Shown: piece by piece, positions 25,328 to 40,760 of the stretch
Layout of the letters: each line of letters starts with the position of its first letter
How positions within the stretch are numbered: the first letter of the stretch is position 1
Source of the DNA: Escherichia phage SusanneMuster_Bas79
Length of the DNA: 46,874 bases
Sequence record: PQ850629.1
Direction: 5' to 3' (one strand)
Notes under the pieces: generated by a model
What the model was told of the DNA's origin: nothing
Databases searched by the model: none
What the model saw: the letters and a program-made list of their open reading frames with translations, nothing else
Program-made: the position numbers and the translations under genes

Positions 25328-28268
25328 TGGCTGAAGAAGTCGGCGGAATTGTCTATGAAGTCGGGATGGATGTATCCGGACTTAAAGCTGGCACAAGTTC
25401 AGCGGAATCAGAATTATCAAAATTTGACTCCGCTGTAAGTGGCTCCACGAAGAATTTAAATAAACTTGATGGTCAGGCTGACTCAACTGGCAAGGCATTC
25501 TCCTCCCTTGTCTCCGTGGTTAAAAGCATTGATGCAACACTCAGCAAGATGGCAGCTTCCAGTGATGGTGCAGCAAGCGCTGTCAAGTCAACATCGCAAT
25601 CTGCTGAGTCAGCGAATCAGGTTATCGATGCATTAAATCAGCAACTTGCCATGATGCAGCAGCAACAGCAACAAGCCGCTGTATCAACAGGAAGGCTGGA
25701 AACCTCAATTAATGCCGTTACGACTGCTATTCGTGAGCTTGGAACATCAACTGGCGGCGCTGGCGCAAGCATATCTGGCACAGAAAGATTAATTGAAAGC
25801 CTCGGCAATCAGGTTGCCATTCTTGAAGAGCAAATGGAAAACGGCGCGAGAAGTGCGGCAATTCTTGCGGCGCAACTCAGAGCTGGAGATGGCGCAACTG
25901 ACGCGCAAAAGGCCAAGATTGCTGAGCTGACTGGTCGCCTGTACGACATGAAGAATGGCACAGAGTCGGCTGGCAAATCCACAAACGGATTCAGGAACGC
26001 GCTACAACAGGGCGGTTATCAGGTTCAGGACTTTATTGTTCAGGTTCAGAGTGGGCAGTCTGCTCTTGTTGCATTCAGTCAGCAGGGTTCGCAACTTGCA
26101 TCTGTATTCAGTCCGGTGGCTGGCGCAGTGTTAACGATAGCGACAGTTATCGCCGGCTCACTGATGGCCTCACTTAGTAACGGCAAGAATGCCATTAATG
26201 CCATGAAGGATGCCATATCTGCAATGGATCAGGTCATCAGTGTTTCCAGTAACGGCGTGGCAGCATACTCAGATAAGTTTGCAGCACTGGCAAAAGCCAA
26301 CACAACAGTTGCGACACTGATGCGCCAGCAAGCGCAACTTGAACTTTCAGCGGCTCTCTCTAAGGTATCGAAAGAAGTATCAAAAGCATCAGGTGAGTTC
26401 GTCACCTTTGGTGACAGACTTTTCGCATCTTTTGCTGGTGCAAACGTCAGCGTTAAATCATTCAACGATTACCTCTCAATGCTGAATATCACTACCAATG
26501 ATTTCAGCGAGGCAATGAAGCAGGCTGCATCTGCCGGACTTGCCGGGCAATCCACGATGAATAATATGATTGCCACCGTTGGCGCTCTGGCAAGTCGATT
26601 TGATTTGACCGACCAGCAAGCATTTGAATTTGCTAAACAACTCTCTGAAATCGCCAAAAACCCGAGCAATGAAAAACTTAATGCTTTAATTGTTACTCTG
26701 CAAAAGGTAGGTGAAGGACAGTCATCTGGCGCACAAAAGGCACGAGAATATGCTGCTCGTTTGCTGGAAATTGCCACCACAACAACTGACGCAACAATGC
26801 GCCTGAAAGCTCTTAAGGAGATGACTGACTCCTTAACGTCAAGTCAGGACAAGGCATTGCAAACTGCTCGTCAGACACTGTTTATTGAGAAGCAAACTGG
26901 CGATGAAAAACTAAAAGCTCAGGCATGGCGTGATGCGGAGGCTCAGGGATTAAAGCAGAATACCGCTGCGTTTCGTGAATATTACAATGTCAGACTTGAG
27001 ACGTACCGTCAGCAGGAAAAAAACGCTCAGGCAGCAAAAGATGAACGTAATGCAAACAACCAGCTAAAAACTGAATTAAAGCAACAGGAAACAATCCAGC
27101 AGAAATTAAATAAACTGCGGCAGGAAGCTCTACTTGCTGGTCAGGCAGAATCCACAAAAGAACTATCCCGCGAGCAAGCCATTCTCAACGCGCAGCAATC
27201 GCTTGGCAAAGCTGCCACTCAGGAGCAAATAAAACTGGCTGGTGAGTACGCTGCGAAGATTTGGGACCAGAAGAATGCACTGAAGGAACAGGCGGAAGCG
27301 GAGAAAGAAAAGCAGCGGGTAGAAAAATCATATCAGGGATTACGTGCCATTGCGTCACCAACGACTGGCATTGACAGCGAATACCAGCAACGCATGGCTG
27401 ACCTTGATGCTTATGCTGCTGCGTACCCACAGAAAATTACAGAGATTGAACAGACTCGCGCGTCCATTGAAGCACAATACCGCCAGCAGAGAATGGATGC
27501 TATGTGGGCTGAATGGCAGCAACAAAGCCTCGGAGCGCAACTGTTTGGCACCGCGCTGGATTCTGCAATGAGCACGGCATCAAACAGCATCACCGGATTG
27601 CTGACAGGTACAATGAGCGTTCAGGATGCCATGCGCAGTCTCGGCTCTACAGTGCTTAACTCGCTGGTAAATAGCTTCGTCGAGATGGGCGTGCAGTGGG
27701 TAAAATCTGCCGTTATGGGACAGACTGCACAGGTTACGGCTACGGCAACCACAACGGCTGCGCAAACGGCAGGACTGGCAACTACAACAGCAGCATCCAC
27801 TGCGGCGGCAGCCACCACCACGGCAGCGTGGACTCCGGCAGCAATCGTCGCATCAATCGGTTCATTCGGCGGCGCTGCTGCAATTGGGGTAGGCGCTGTT
27901 CTTGGGGCGCTGGCGATGGGTATCGCTGGCAAGCGAAAAAATGGTGGTCCTGTTAGCGCCGGAAGTATGTACGAAGTGGGCGAAAATGGCTTACCTGAGA
28001 TATTCCAGGCATCCAACGGTCGCCAGTACATGATTCCCGGAAATGACGGTTCAGTTATCAGCAACAAAGACCTGACAGGCGGCAGCGGTGGCGTCGTGGT
28101 TTATAATAGCATCATCAATAACAGCTCAGCGCAGGTTAGCAGCAGCGCCAGAGATAATGGTGATGGCAGCGTAACAGTTGAGACGATTGTGAGTGATATT
28201 GAGAACAACGGCGCGATAGGGCAGGCTATTTCAAGAAATTACTCAACAAACCGGAGAGCAACAGAATA

Positions 28269-28269
<1 letters not shown>
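25327..28269 (+). CDS. tail tape measure protein
   Basis: 980 aa, long helical Ala/Gln/Lys-rich sequence, internal hydrophobic segments and a Thr/Ala low-complexity tract. Confidence 0.85.
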
Positions 28270-32991
<4,722 letters not shown>

Positions 32992-33030
32992 TACAATATA
33001 CATCAAATTCACAAAGGAGCATTTATTATA

Positions 33031-34938
33031 ATGACTACCACACCAACTAATAAACCAATTCCGTCTGAAGACCCGCGCGACCTGAAATTTAATGCCGGGA
33101 AAATCGACGAGGTGGTAACATCTAACGCGCATTACTACACCGACCGCTTCGGAGTTCGCCGGTTTACTATCGCCGGTTTCCAATATACAGCAGAAGAAGC
33201 TATCCGTAATTATGGCTATATCACGATGGACAGTTTTGAGGATGGGGCGACACTGACGTTGCCTAATCAGGTTCTGCGCTATGAGGCTACTGGCGAATAT
33301 TACCGCTGGGACGGTGAATTTCCTAAAACTGTTTCTGCCGGCTCAACACCTGAAGCATCTGGTGGTGTTGGTATTGGTGCATGGGTTAGTGTTGGTGATG
33401 CTTCATTGCGCAGTGATTTGGCCCTAAGCACTGGCGCAGGGTTAGTTGGGACAACATCCGGCAGGACCGTACAGGCAGAGTTTGACCATTTCAAAATAGG
33501 GTATATGACACCCGATGATTTCGGCGCGGTAGGTGATGGTGCCACCGACGACACCACGCCTTTGCAACAGGCTATTGACTATTGTTCAAGCAACGGTATC
33601 GCGTTAAGAATCCCCGCAAAATCTTATGTTTGGAATGGCGGTATTATAACTTCACCCATAACAATAATCGGTGACAGACGTCCAGATTACAATTTTAGCT
33701 CCAATTCTATGTCTAACGGGTCTGTCATAATTGGCAATTTAAGATTTTCCGCAAGCCAGGTGATTATTAAGTCACTTGGTGTGCGTAGGCCTACAGGCTC
33801 CCCCGGAGATTGTCTGGTGTTATCGACCGATAACTATGCTGGTGGGTCTTGTATTGTTCAAGATGTAGTTGCCGCGGGCCTTTCCGGTTCGGACACGTAC
33901 CACAGCGTTCTTGTTGAAGGCTACGATTCCGCGCATGTATCTCAAATAACTGGCGGTTATAATCTTTTTGGCCTCGCGATTAAGTCAAGAAACGTTGTTG
34001 CCAGAGGCGTAATAACCGTAAGCTGTGATACTGGCGTTATCATTAAATCTGATAGTGAGTTCAGCACGGCAAAAAATGTGGTGCTGGACGGGCACATTAA
34101 TGTCGGTAATGGTGTTTCTAGTCAAGGTGTTTGGATTTACAGCACAACCGCACAACTTGAGCGTATTACCTGCGCAAACTTACAAAGCATCGATTCCGCT
34201 ATACATATGCGGATTAAGTCCGAAAACGTAGCTAATGACGTGCAAATTGTTGGGGCAAATTATTCAGGATCTACTTATGCGGATGTGCTCGTCGAAGGCA
34301 CTTCGGCTGGCACGTTGAACAATGTTAGTTTAGATAGTATAACCGCAGTAAATAGCCAGAAATTTATGGCTGCAGGTTTCTGTGAACAACTGATGGTAAC
34401 AGGATTCTATGGGTCCCTGAAACCCGGCGCTCCCGCCGATACTGCGTTTGAGGTTAGCGCCGCCGTAGGGCTTTTTAGCGGGTCAAATATCCAACTAGTC
34501 CGTCAATACAGCAGTGACCTAATGACAATGAATCTCGGTAACAGTTATCTTAATAATAGATTATCATCTGTTAAGGCGAAAGTAATAGGAAACGGCAAAC
34601 CTAGGCCTGGGTATAAAGAACAGAATCTTAGCGGCGCTGCGGCTACAATGATTGTTGGCGACAGTTTGGGGCCCTCTGGGGTTGTGTCTGTCACCGCGAT
34701 ATCCTCCGGCAGTTCATTCAGCAGTATTGCTATTAATGACGACTATGGTCAGCCGGTTAAGCCAGGTTTTCTTCTAATAATCCGAAACGCATCCGCTATC
34801 TCGTTCGTTATGAACCATAATCCAGGGTCTGGTGGAATCGCAAATAACGGGGCGGTTGGTAAGACCATTGCGGACGGAGACACTATAATGTACGTTTTTG
34901 ACGGGACGAATTGGCGTCAAACTCCATCTATAGCTTAA
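33031..34938 (+). CDS. tailspike / receptor-binding protein with parallel beta-helix (pectate-lyase-like) domain
   Basis: 635 aa; N-terminal anchor-like segment, then Gly/Ser/Asn/Val-rich repetitive sequence typical of right-handed beta-helix depolymerases; good RBS AAAGGAGC. Confidence 0.65.
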   Translation: MTTTPTNKPIPSEDPRDLKFNAGKIDEVVTSNAHYYTDRFGVRRFTIAGFQYTAEEAIRNYGYITMDSFEDGATLTLPNQVLRYEATGEYYRWDGEFPKTVSAGSTPEASGGVGIGAWVSVGDASLRSDLALSTGAGLVGTTSGRTVQAEFDHFKIGYMTPDDFGAVGDGATDDTTPLQQAIDYCSSNGIALRIPAKSYVWNGGIITSPITIIGDRRPDYNFSSNSMSNGSVIIGNLRFSASQVIIKSLGVRRPTGSPGDCLVLSTDNYAGGSCIVQDVVAAGLSGSDTYHSVLVEGYDSAHVSQITGGYNLFGLAIKSRNVVARGVITVSCDTGVIIKSDSEFSTAKNVVLDGHINVGNGVSSQGVWIYSTTAQLERITCANLQSIDSAIHMRIKSENVANDVQIVGANYSGSTYADVLVEGTSAGTLNNVSLDSITAVNSQKFMAAGFCEQLMVTGFYGSLKPGAPADTAFEVSAAVGLFSGSNIQLVRQYSSDLMTMNLGNSYLNNRLSSVKAKVIGNGKPRPGYKEQNLSGAAATMIVGDSLGPSGVVSVTAISSGSSFSSIAINDDYGQPVKPGFLLIIRNASAISFVMNHNPGSGGIANNGAVGKTIADGDTIMYVFDGTNWRQTPSIA

Positions 34939-34940
34939 AA

Positions 34941-34968
34941 CTAAGGCCCCGAAAGGGGCCTTTTATCT
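34941..34968. terminator. bidirectional rho-independent terminator
   Basis: stem GGCCCC / GGGGCC with GAAA loop flanked by A- and T-tracts; between convergent tailspike and ssb. Confidence 0.65.
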
Positions 34969-34979
34969 TTGGTCACCAT

Positions 34980-35465
34980 TTAGAAGGGTATTGAATCATC
35001 GAAGTCTATCGGATGCTCATTGCCTCCTTGTATGCTTTGTTGTTTTTGCTGTTGTTGTTGCTGTTGCGATTGTTGGCCTGATTGCTGTCGTGGTTGCTGC
35101 TGACTGGAATCATCACGTTTACCACCAAGCATCTGCATAACGCCGCCCACCTGTGGAATAACAATCTCAGTGGTGTATCGGTCTACGCCATTGCTGTCAG
35201 TCCACTTACGAGTGCGTAGCTGACCTTCGATATAAACCTGCGATCCTTTGCGAAGGTATTCTCCTGCAACTTCTGCAAGTTTCCCGAAGATGACAACGCG
35301 ATGCCATTCAGTTTGCTCTTTCTTTTCTCCTGTTTGCTTGTCCTTCCACTGTTCAGATGTTGCAACAGAAAGATTGGCAATTGCAGAGCCTGATGCTGAA
35401 TATTTAACTTCAGGGTCGTTGCCGAGAGTGCCGACAATAATTACTTTATTTACGCCGCGTGCCAT
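34980..35465 (-). CDS. ssb: single-stranded DNA-binding protein
   Basis: [20 protein letters not shown]...[14 protein letters not shown]-fold signature, Gln-rich tail and C-terminal DFDDSIPF acidic tip. Confidence 0.9.
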   Translation of the reverse strand: MARGVNKVIIVGTLGNDPEVKYSASGSAIANLSVATSEQWKDKQTGEKKEQTEWHRVVIFGKLAEVAGEYLRKGSQVYIEGQLRTRKWTDSNGVDRYTTEIVIPQVGGVMQMLGGKRDDSSQQQPRQQSGQQSQQQQQQQKQQSIQGGNEHPIDFDDSIPF

Positions 35466-35468
35466 TTA

Positions 35469-36524
35469 TTAAAATCCTTCAATTGGAGTTGGTTTGTGTT
35501 CTGTTTTTTCTTCCTGCGGTTCTGGCTGCTGTGGTTGCGGTTTAGCCAGTTTTGCAGGATTGAAATTATCCTGCGGAGTTATTACCACAGGAGATAATTG
35601 CTCATCATTGATAAAAGACTCAATGCGATCATATTCAGCGGCAGAAGCAGCCAGAGAAGGCCAGATTGCGCGAATTTTATCTTTCAGGTTATCAGGTATT
35701 GATTTTGCTTCTTCCTTCAGGCCTTCCATGCCTTTTGCTGCAGAAAGCTGAAGTCTTGAGCGCCATGACTCAAACTCTTCGTCAACTTTAACGCCAGAGT
35801 CAACCCATTTGATGAGTCCGCGACCATGCGCCTCTCCAATATATCCATGGCGAACACTTTCACGACCAGACTCAAAGAATATTGGGCGTAGTTCTTCTGG
35901 TAATTTTGTGAACTCCTGAATTTTTCCTCCATCGTGCATCATCATGCTCACGGTCATCTCGAACATGAAATCTTTCTCGCACACTGGTTGCAACCCAAGT
36001 GATACAGGTTCCTTCGGGTTTGCGAAATCAGTTTTCTGACGTGCGCGAAGGCAGACAATGATATGCATATTGCTTTGTAGCATGGCATTCATGAACTTCT
36101 TGTGTTCAGCTTTGGCGCGCTTCCAGTCAGCCATCTTTTTACCGTTAAGCAGCGGCTTTTCAGCAATCTCCGTGCAACTGCCTTCACCTTCCCATTCATG
36201 CGAACCTGAATCAATAACAAGAACCTTAACGCCGGCAGCCTGAAACTCTTCAATGGCCTGACGGTAACGGGCCGGGCTGAATGGAGCATACATATCAGCG
36301 TGCAGGAATTTGCCATCAAGGATGTTTGAGTACAGGCGACCGCGACCGTTTTCAGTATCAAGGAATCCGATTTCTTCTGGTGAATCAACCATCCCGCGAG
36401 CCAGCTTAAGTGCGCTATATGTTTTGCCGCTACCTGACTGGCCTGAAATGCCGATGACCACGCGAGAACCTGAACGCTCTGCTGGTTTAATATTGAGAAT
36501 ACCCATTTGCATTACCTCACTCAA
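35469..36524 (-). CDS. RecA-like ATPase (Sak4-like recombination protein)
   Basis: Walker A GISGQSGSGKT near N-terminus; next to SSB and exonuclease. Confidence 0.6.
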   Translation of the reverse strand: MSEVMQMGILNIKPAERSGSRVVIGISGQSGSGKTYSALKLARGMVDSPEEIGFLDTENGRGRLYSNILDGKFLHADMYAPFSPARYRQAIEEFQAAGVKVLVIDSGSHEWEGEGSCTEIAEKPLLNGKKMADWKRAKAEHKKFMNAMLQSNMHIIVCLRARQKTDFANPKEPVSLGLQPVCEKDFMFEMTVSMMMHDGGKIQEFTKLPEELRPIFFESGRESVRHGYIGEAHGRGLIKWVDSGVKVDEEFESWRSRLQLSAAKGMEGLKEEAKSIPDNLKDKIRAIWPSLAASAAEYDRIESFINDEQLSPVVITPQDNFNPAKLAKPQPQQPEPQEEKTEHKPTPIEGF

Positions 36525-36714
36525 ATTCTACAAAATCACCACCAACCATTTCGACGATAATGAATCCAGATTCATCATCATATGTTGCCTGCCATATAGC
36601 TCCAGTTTCGTCGCTTATTTTAAAGGTACCACCAAAAAAGTCAGCGCTATACCACTCATCTTCTTTAAATCTTTTGCTTGTTGAGCTTGCACAAAATAAT
36701 TTCATTTGCATCAC
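36517..36714 (-). CDS. hypothetical protein (65 aa)
   Basis: ORF overlapping neighbours in replication module. Confidence 0.35.
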   Translation of the reverse strand: MMQMKLFCASSTSKRFKEDEWYSADFFGGTFKISDETGAIWQATYDDESGFIIVEMVGGDFVEFE

Positions 36715-36722
36715 CTCACTAA

Positions 36723-37667
36723 TTATAAATTAAACTGTTTTTTGAACCATTCAGGCGTTTCCATTTCTATGACAGGATTACCCATTGAATAACCGGGCCA
36801 CGAATTGGCTTTTTTGCACGCCTTGTAAATTTCCATAGCGCCATGCAACTGAATTCGACCGATGCGTAATTGCTCTTCAGTCAAGCGAATTAACGCAGGA
36901 ATAAATGGTGCTTTCTTTTCCTGAACGAGAAGATTAACAGAGCGTGGCGCATGACCATATGCCGCAACAAACATGTCGTGCTGCATCGCCATTTTCATAA
37001 AGTACCCAAGTCTCGCAGCATGACGGAAAAACTCTTCTGGCTTGGCGCTCACCGCTGTTTTGTAGTCGATGATGTCGCCACCTTTGGTAAGGCAGTCAAA
37101 GCGAACTTTTGCCTTCTCTCCGTTAAGTTCACCTAGAATTGACACTTCAGCATAAGCACCAGCGAGAAGACTGCTGTAATAGCTGTTTGCGTGGATTACA
37201 GCACGCATTTGCTGAATAGCGTCATAATCACCACCTTCCAGCATTTGCTTTCCTACAGCAGCTTTTTCAGCCTCTTCACGGATGACATCGTAAATTTTCA
37301 CTGGCTCGCCAGTCGCCTGGATGATTTTGATCACCTCAGCTTTCGACTTTCCTGAAAGTCCTTTGATGCCTCGTTCTTTTGCCCATGAGTTCATATCACT
37401 TACAGTAACAAGCAGGTCATCACCAAAATCTTCTTTGGTTGGCATTCGTGCATATTCAGCATCAAAACGCTCTGGTTCAAGCAACGCAGTATGGCTACCT
37501 GTACCGAATATAAGAGCTTTTGATTGCTCATCCTCTTCGTCTTTGTATCGCCATGCTGCTGGGCATCTGTCAAGTATATTCCATAATCCAGAGCCATTAA
37601 TATGCTCTGTGTCTGCGTGGTAATCTTCATTACTGAGTTCATTATTGAAATAGACTTTCATCATCAC
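36723..37667 (-). CDS. PD-(D/E)XK family exonuclease (recombination exonuclease)
   Basis: 314 aa; DCLTKGGDIIDYKT resembles the D...D/E-x-K nuclease core; partnered with ATPase and SSB. Confidence 0.6.
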   Translation of the reverse strand: MMMKVYFNNELSNEDYHADTEHINGSGLWNILDRCPAAWRYKDEEDEQSKALIFGTGSHTALLEPERFDAEYARMPTKEDFGDDLLVTVSDMNSWAKERGIKGLSGKSKAEVIKIIQATGEPVKIYDVIREEAEKAAVGKQMLEGGDYDAIQQMRAVIHANSYYSSLLAGAYAEVSILGELNGEKAKVRFDCLTKGGDIIDYKTAVSAKPEEFFRHAARLGYFMKMAMQHDMFVAAYGHAPRSVNLLVQEKKAPFIPALIRLTEEQLRIGRIQLHGAMEIYKACKKANSWPGYSMGNPVIEMETPEWFKKQFNL

Positions 37668-38290
37668 TCTCCGTGGTTACAGAATTCTTTATGCATCTTT
37701 TCTCTAAACTTCATGACAGCAACTCTTGCTTTATCAATATCATGAAATAATCCAATGTGGTATTTAATACCATTAACCGTACATCTGGCATGCCATTTTT
37801 TGCATTGTTTGTTCCAGTAAACACCTTTCACTCCAGATGTATTATTTTTTTGCTTTTTACGATTAAACTGATTCTGTTCATTGCTTGCTATTCTTAAGTT
37901 ATCAATCCTGTTGTCATCTCTAATGCCATTAATGTGATCAATATTATCTTCTTGCCAATAACCATAACAAATCAACCACGCGAGTATGTGAGCATAATAC
38001 CTATTATTATTTATGCTTATTTCTATGTAACCGTTATCTTTTTTGCAGCCCGCCAAATCTCCATTGTTTACGCAACCAACAGTCTTGTTCCATGCAAACA
38101 AACCAGTTACCAGATTGTAAGTTAAGTTATCTAAAACAACATTACGAGGTATTCTTTTTCTTCCACCTATGGTGTTTGACCCTGCATTTCCCTGAGCAAA
38201 ATCTTGCTTTTGCAGTTCCGATAAACTCATTTCCGCAAACCTCGCACTTCTTAACGGTGATAGCCATTTCTTAACCTCTATTGTAATCAT
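37664..38290 (-). CDS. HNH homing endonuclease with AP2-like DNA-binding domain
   Basis: YAHILAW...DHINGIRDDNRIDNLR (HNH) then GVKGVYWNKQCKKWHARCTVNG (AP2-like); AT-rich gene. Confidence 0.65.
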   Translation of the reverse strand: MITIEVKKWLSPLRSARFAEMSLSELQKQDFAQGNAGSNTIGGRKRIPRNVVLDNLTYNLVTGLFAWNKTVGCVNNGDLAGCKKDNGYIEISINNNRYYAHILAWLICYGYWQEDNIDHINGIRDDNRIDNLRIASNEQNQFNRKKQKNNTSGVKGVYWNKQCKKWHARCTVNGIKYHIGLFHDIDKARVAVMKFREKMHKEFCNHGE

Positions 38291-38335
38291 TTACCGTTAC
38301 ATTGCAAGTAACTTTTATTTGTTACTAACAATACA

Positions 38336-38776
38336 TCAATCTACATCATTCAGCAAGCCAAAATAGAAAAGTGTGGCTCTTTTTAGTTCATCAAGACCGT
38401 AAGCAATGGCGGCATAATGACCAAGTCTGCACATCTCAGTTAACACAGCCGATTGCTCCTTGCTCACTCTGCTTTTGCTTTTATCGCGGCGCTTTGACTC
38501 AATCATCCCGCAACTGTGATTCGCACCCGGCGTCATTATCACGTTGTCGCCTATTCCAGGCTTAACCCCCATCTTCTGGCGCTTCAGTACGAACTGGACG
38601 CGGCTGGATGTTCCTGTTTCATTCGGGACGTGAAACCATAGCACATCAGGGAAACAGTGTTGCATCCATGTTCCATAACCCATCTGGTCAGTCTCCTCTT
38701 TTGGGCATTCGCCGCGATAACCGCTATCAAATACCCATATACCGCTATCAAGCTGCTTCACTTTGTTCTCCTGCAA
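38336..38776 (-). CDS. VRR-NUC domain nuclease
   Basis: 146 aa; WFHVPNE...GVKPGIGD...MIESKRR pattern consistent with VRR-NUC; overlaps helicase gene end. Confidence 0.6.
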   Translation of the reverse strand: MQENKVKQLDSGIWVFDSGYRGECPKEETDQMGYGTWMQHCFPDVLWFHVPNETGTSSRVQFVLKRQKMGVKPGIGDNVIMTPGANHSCGMIESKRRDKSKSRVSKEQSAVLTEMCRLGHYAAIAYGLDELKRATLFYFGLLNDVD

Positions 38777-40685
38777 AATCTTTTCTATGGATTATGTCGC
38801 GACCTTTATCATTAATGCGATGAGTGATGCGTTTTGGCGCTTTAATCAATCCAGCATACATCATGAACTGCTTAGCATTCTGGCATTTCAGGATTTTCCC
38901 CGCCATTGACTTATCATCAAGGTGAGGAAAAATAGCCTTTGCCTTGAACATGTTTTTCATGTGAGTCGCACCGCCATATGGGTAGAAAACTTCGTTAGCC
39001 CAGCCTTCTTTGCCATCACAACGATTAATCCAGTAGCGATACAAAATACCTTCTCCATCCTTTGTTAGCTGGACTTTGAAATCAATAACATCAGCCCACT
39101 CATTATCGGTATACGCACGCTCATTCAGTGCCGCATTCGGGTCGCGCAACACGTGATCGCAATGCCGGCAATAGCGCGCCGTTGGGTCGTTTTTAGTGCC
39201 GCATCCATCATCAAAAATCCGTATTCCGTGCTTATCAAAACCGCAACGAATATAACTGAAAAACTCCTCGCAGCGACCATCTGGCGACAATGCATCTTTG
39301 CCAATGCATCGACGCGCATATGGGCTGTTCATTGTTCCACATGTATGACACGGAACTTGTTCGCCACTGCGTTTTGAACGTTGCGCTTCAGCTTCTTCCA
39401 GAATTGGGTCTTCATATAGCTGACCAAGCTCAAACATCGTGCCTGAGAAATCAAGAACCAGATGGTTTTCTTTATGATACCCGGCGTCAATTTGGTCTTT
39501 CTTCAGCAGTCGCATTCCGCGACCAAGCAACTGAACAAGAAGGGTGAGCGACATTATTTTTCGCAATATAACGCTTGTATCCCATAGCGGGATGTTTACG
39601 CCGGTCGTCAAGCAACCAATTTGGAAAACATATTTAATCTTGCCAGTGTATGCATCCTTTAATGCCTTGCGTCTGGCTTTCTGTCCCATATCTTCGGTGA
39701 CGATCGCATAACTTCCTTCAGGTAGGTATTTTGCCGCCTCCTGACAGTGCTTCTTGCCAGCGCATGTAATCAATACGCCGTTTCTGTTTTTTGTCAGCTC
39801 CATAACCTTGAGCATGATTTTCTGCGTGAGTGTTCCTTGCTCAAGGATTTCTTTCTGCATCTGCTTGAGTTGCTCGGTGGTAAATTCCTGAACTCCATCA
39901 CTTCCTGACGCCTCAAATGCTGACAGGTCGTAATGCAGATCATCAATATCATGAAGACCAAAAATTGTAGGGACAAGAAAGCCATTATCAACAAGGTATT
40001 TGGTATCAATATTTATTATTTCATGCTTCCAGTAAGAACCCTTAATTGACTCAGTTCCACGAAATGGGCTGCCAGTGTAGCCAATAACAATGACATCGTG
40101 TCCGTATTTAGCTTTGCACCTACGGTTAAATTCGGTCATTATTACGCCGTACTGTGTGTCTGAATCTTCTCCAACAATATCCTCCCAGTTCACTTGATGG
40201 CACTCATCAACCAAAATATATCGTGGGCAAAAGTCTGAAAGTGCACACTTTGAGATAACATTGCCTGATTCATCCTTTATGTCGAAAAGTGAGTTTTTTA
40301 TTGTTCTCTCCGTCCCAGCAATAAGCGGGTATGCCGTTGACTTTCTGCCAAGAGACGCGCTGAAAAGTGAGTTTTTAACACTCAGATTCCATAGCTCTTC
40401 CGCATCCTGCTCAATAATTTCCCCCTGTCTGGCAATAACAAGGCCTTCCCACCCCATATCCTGAAAGCGTCGCGCAATCATGGCAATCATAATGGTCTTT
40501 CCAGCACCTACAGATGCCGTCACAAAACTTGGCTTAGGGTCTTTGCCAAACTTGCGGATAACTTCAGCCGTCTTTTCATAAACCAGCCACTGATATGGTC
40601 GCGGCTCAATCTCACCCGTATGAACAACTGACCGCAATTTGTCTATATCCAATTCAGCAATCATTGCGTCTATTTTATGCGTCAT
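38748..40685 (-). CDS. SF2 DNA helicase (DEAD/DEAH-box type) with C-terminal zinc-ribbon region
   Basis: Walker A ASVGAGKT, motif II LVDECHQ, C-terminal Cys clusters (CHTCG...C, C-x2-C). Confidence 0.8.
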   Translation of the reverse strand: MTHKIDAMIAELDIDKLRSVVHTGEIEPRPYQWLVYEKTAEVIRKFGKDPKPSFVTASVGAGKTIMIAMIARRFQDMGWEGLVIARQGEIIEQDAEELWNLSVKNSLFSASLGRKSTAYPLIAGTERTIKNSLFDIKDESGNVISKCALSDFCPRYILVDECHQVNWEDIVGEDSDTQYGVIMTEFNRRCKAKYGHDVIVIGYTGSPFRGTESIKGSYWKHEIINIDTKYLVDNGFLVPTIFGLHDIDDLHYDLSAFEASGSDGVQEFTTEQLKQMQKEILEQGTLTQKIMLKVMELTKNRNGVLITCAGKKHCQEAAKYLPEGSYAIVTEDMGQKARRKALKDAYTGKIKYVFQIGCLTTGVNIPLWDTSVILRKIMSLTLLVQLLGRGMRLLKKDQIDAGYHKENHLVLDFSGTMFELGQLYEDPILEEAEAQRSKRSGEQVPCHTCGTMNSPYARRCIGKDALSPDGRCEEFFSYIRCGFDKHGIRIFDDGCGTKNDPTARYCRHCDHVLRDPNAALNERAYTDNEWADVIDFKVQLTKDGEGILYRYWINRCDGKEGWANEVFYPYGGATHMKNMFKAKAIFPHLDDKSMAGKILKCQNAKQFMMYAGLIKAPKRITHRINDKGRDIIHRKDFAGEQSEAA

Positions 40686-40760
40686 AGCTACTAACCTTTG
40701 TTGATGTTTCTACGTCAGTTAGCTTATACTCAATCTACACCAACAATCAAGGGTCAATTT
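40686..40760. promoter_or_regulatory. divergent promoter region between helicase and primase
   Basis: TTGATG -35 (40701-40706), box TTTCTACGTCAG (40707-40718), TATACT -10 (40725-40730), box CAATCTACACCAAC (40731-40744). Confidence 0.45.

Noticed and set aside
27621-28067. Minus-strand ORF and several short ORFs antisense to the tape measure Thr/Ala-rich tract
   Set aside because: Low-complexity GC-rich coding sequence generates open frames on the opposite strand; the tape measure frame is continuous for 980 aa.
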